Positions 63,271 through 64,000 of a stretch of DNA of 64,000 bases are shown here, piece by piece. How positions within the stretch are numbered: the stretch's first letter is position 1; every line of letters starts with the position of its first letter. The stretch comes from Actinomycetota bacterium. Lineage in GTDB: Bacteria > Actinomycetota > Actinomycetes > Actinomycetales > Kineosporiaceae. The stretch spans positions 717-64,716 of the forward strand of contig JAUPKQ010000051.1 in assembly GCA_030837345.1 (NCBI GenBank). The letters run 5' to 3'. A program made the translations under genes and the position numbers. The notes below the pieces were generated by a model that was given only the letters and a program-made list of their open reading frames with translations, was not told the origin of the DNA and made no database searches.

Positions 63271-64000
63271 CGACGACGGATGTCGACCCCACCAGCTCCG
63301 GCTCCGGGAACGAGGCCCGGGCGGTGCCCGTGGCGATCGTCGGCCTCGGGGTGACCCTCCCCGGCGCGCCCGACGTGCGTTCCTTCTGGAACAACCTCGT
63401 CGAGGGCACGGACGCCGTCACCGACGTCCCGCCCCGGCGGTGGGACGCCCGGTTCTACGAGCCGAAGCCGACCGGCCCCCGCCGGGCCGACCAGATCAGC
63501 TGCCGTCGCGGAGGGTTCGTCGACGAGGAGATCGCCGTCGACCTCGCGCGGTTCGGGATCGATCCGGAGCGGGCCCGGACGATCGATCCGGAGCAGCTGA
63601 TCGCCCTCCACGTCGCGGCGGCGGCGATCGAGGACGCCGGAGGCGCCGCGCGCCTCGGAAGCCCCGGCCGGATCGGGATCGTCCTCGGGCACGGCAGCAC
63701 CGTCTCGCCCGGCCTGGCACGGCTGGACCAGCGGGTGCGCACGGCCCGCCAGCTCGTCCACGTCCTCGCCACCTTGATGCCGTCCCTCGTCCACGACGAC
63801 CTCGAACGGGTCCGGACGGCCTTCACCGACGAGCTCGGCACCCCGCCGGGCCCCGAGACGCTCGTTCCCGGCACCCTCGCCTCCCGCCTCGCCGGCTGGC
63901 TGGGCACGCGAGGCCCCGCGTACGCCGTCGACGCGGCCTGCGCGTCGTCCCTGATCGCCGTCGACGCGGCCGTGGCGCACCTCACCGCCGGGCAGTGTGA
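63267..64000 (+). CDS. Second PKS/PUFA-synthase subunit; partial N-terminal KS that runs off the right edge.
   Basis: Not in the ORF track. GTG at 63267 overlaps the upstream TGA (GTGA). My translation is VTTTDVDPTSSGSGNEARAVPVAIVGLGVTLPGAPDVRSFWNNLVEGTDAVTDVPPRRWDARFYEP...GPAYAVDAACASSLIAVDAAVAHLTAGQC, which contains the KS active-site Cys motif. The listed ORF 63260..64000 is an Arg-rich alternative frame. Confidence 0.85.
   Translation, partial: MTTTDVDPTSSGSGNEARAVPVAIVGLGVTLPGAPDVRSFWNNLVEGTDAVTDVPPRRWDARFYEPKPTGPRRADQISCRRGGFVDEEIAVDLARFGIDPERARTIDPEQLIALHVAAAAIEDAGGAARLGSPGRIGIVLGHGSTVSPGLARLDQRVRTARQLVHVLATLMPSLVHDDLERVRTAFTDELGTPPGPETLVPGTLASRLAGWLGTRGPAYAVDAACASSLIAVDAAVAHLTAGQC

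Noticed and set aside
63260-64000. Listed 246-aa ORF at the right edge.
   Set aside because: It is Arg/Pro-rich nonsense. The +1-shifted frame starting at GTG 63267 encodes an unmistakable ketosynthase with the DAACASSL motif.

Overview
This is a high-GC actinomycete chromosomal segment. The gene families look Streptomyces-like or Streptosporangiales-like: Lsr2, XRE/DUF5753 and TetR regulators, and many secreted hydrolases. All calls come from reading the supplied translations and the DNA by eye. No searches were run, so family names reflect motif recognition, not database hits.

I support about 55 protein-coding genes. I recognised no rRNA, tRNA, CRISPR array, transposase or integrase.

Layout:
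- 0-22.9 kb: mostly housekeeping or secreted functions. These include a TorD-like chaperone, a rhodanese lipoprotein, a GH6 cellulase, an M4 protease with a P-domain, lsr2, a GT51 transglycosylase, a WGR/beta-propeller protein, and hydrolase/TetR pairs.
- 22.9-33.8 kb: looks accessory. It holds decayed gene fragments, AT-rich patches, a ricin-lectin gene, a visibly lower-GC four-gene operon of unknown function, long palindromes, and a duplicated GNAT 5' end.
- 33.8-38.4 kb: a 1332-aa SNF2 ATPase with an unusual N-terminal extension containing dsRBD-like modules. It is translationally coupled to an unknown 200-aa protein.
- 41.3-45.5 kb: a tightly coupled operon of three PLP enzymes, one from each of three fold types. 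One is fused to a rhodanese domain.
- 45.7-51.2 kb: a Wadjet-type jetA-jetB-jetC set with no jetD. jetC ends 13 nt from a convergent gene.
- 51.2-55.5 kb: two LAS-type cell-wall metallopeptidases and an FHA-like/HTH plus Ser/Thr kinase pair.
- 56.0 kb to the window end: a PUFA-synthase-like type I PKS (tandem NMO/ER-like, then KS-AT-ACP-KR), followed by a second KS gene that the ORF track omitted.

The most interesting candidates are the SNF2-dsRBD locus, the nuclease-less JetABC, the three-PLP sulfur module and the low-GC operon.
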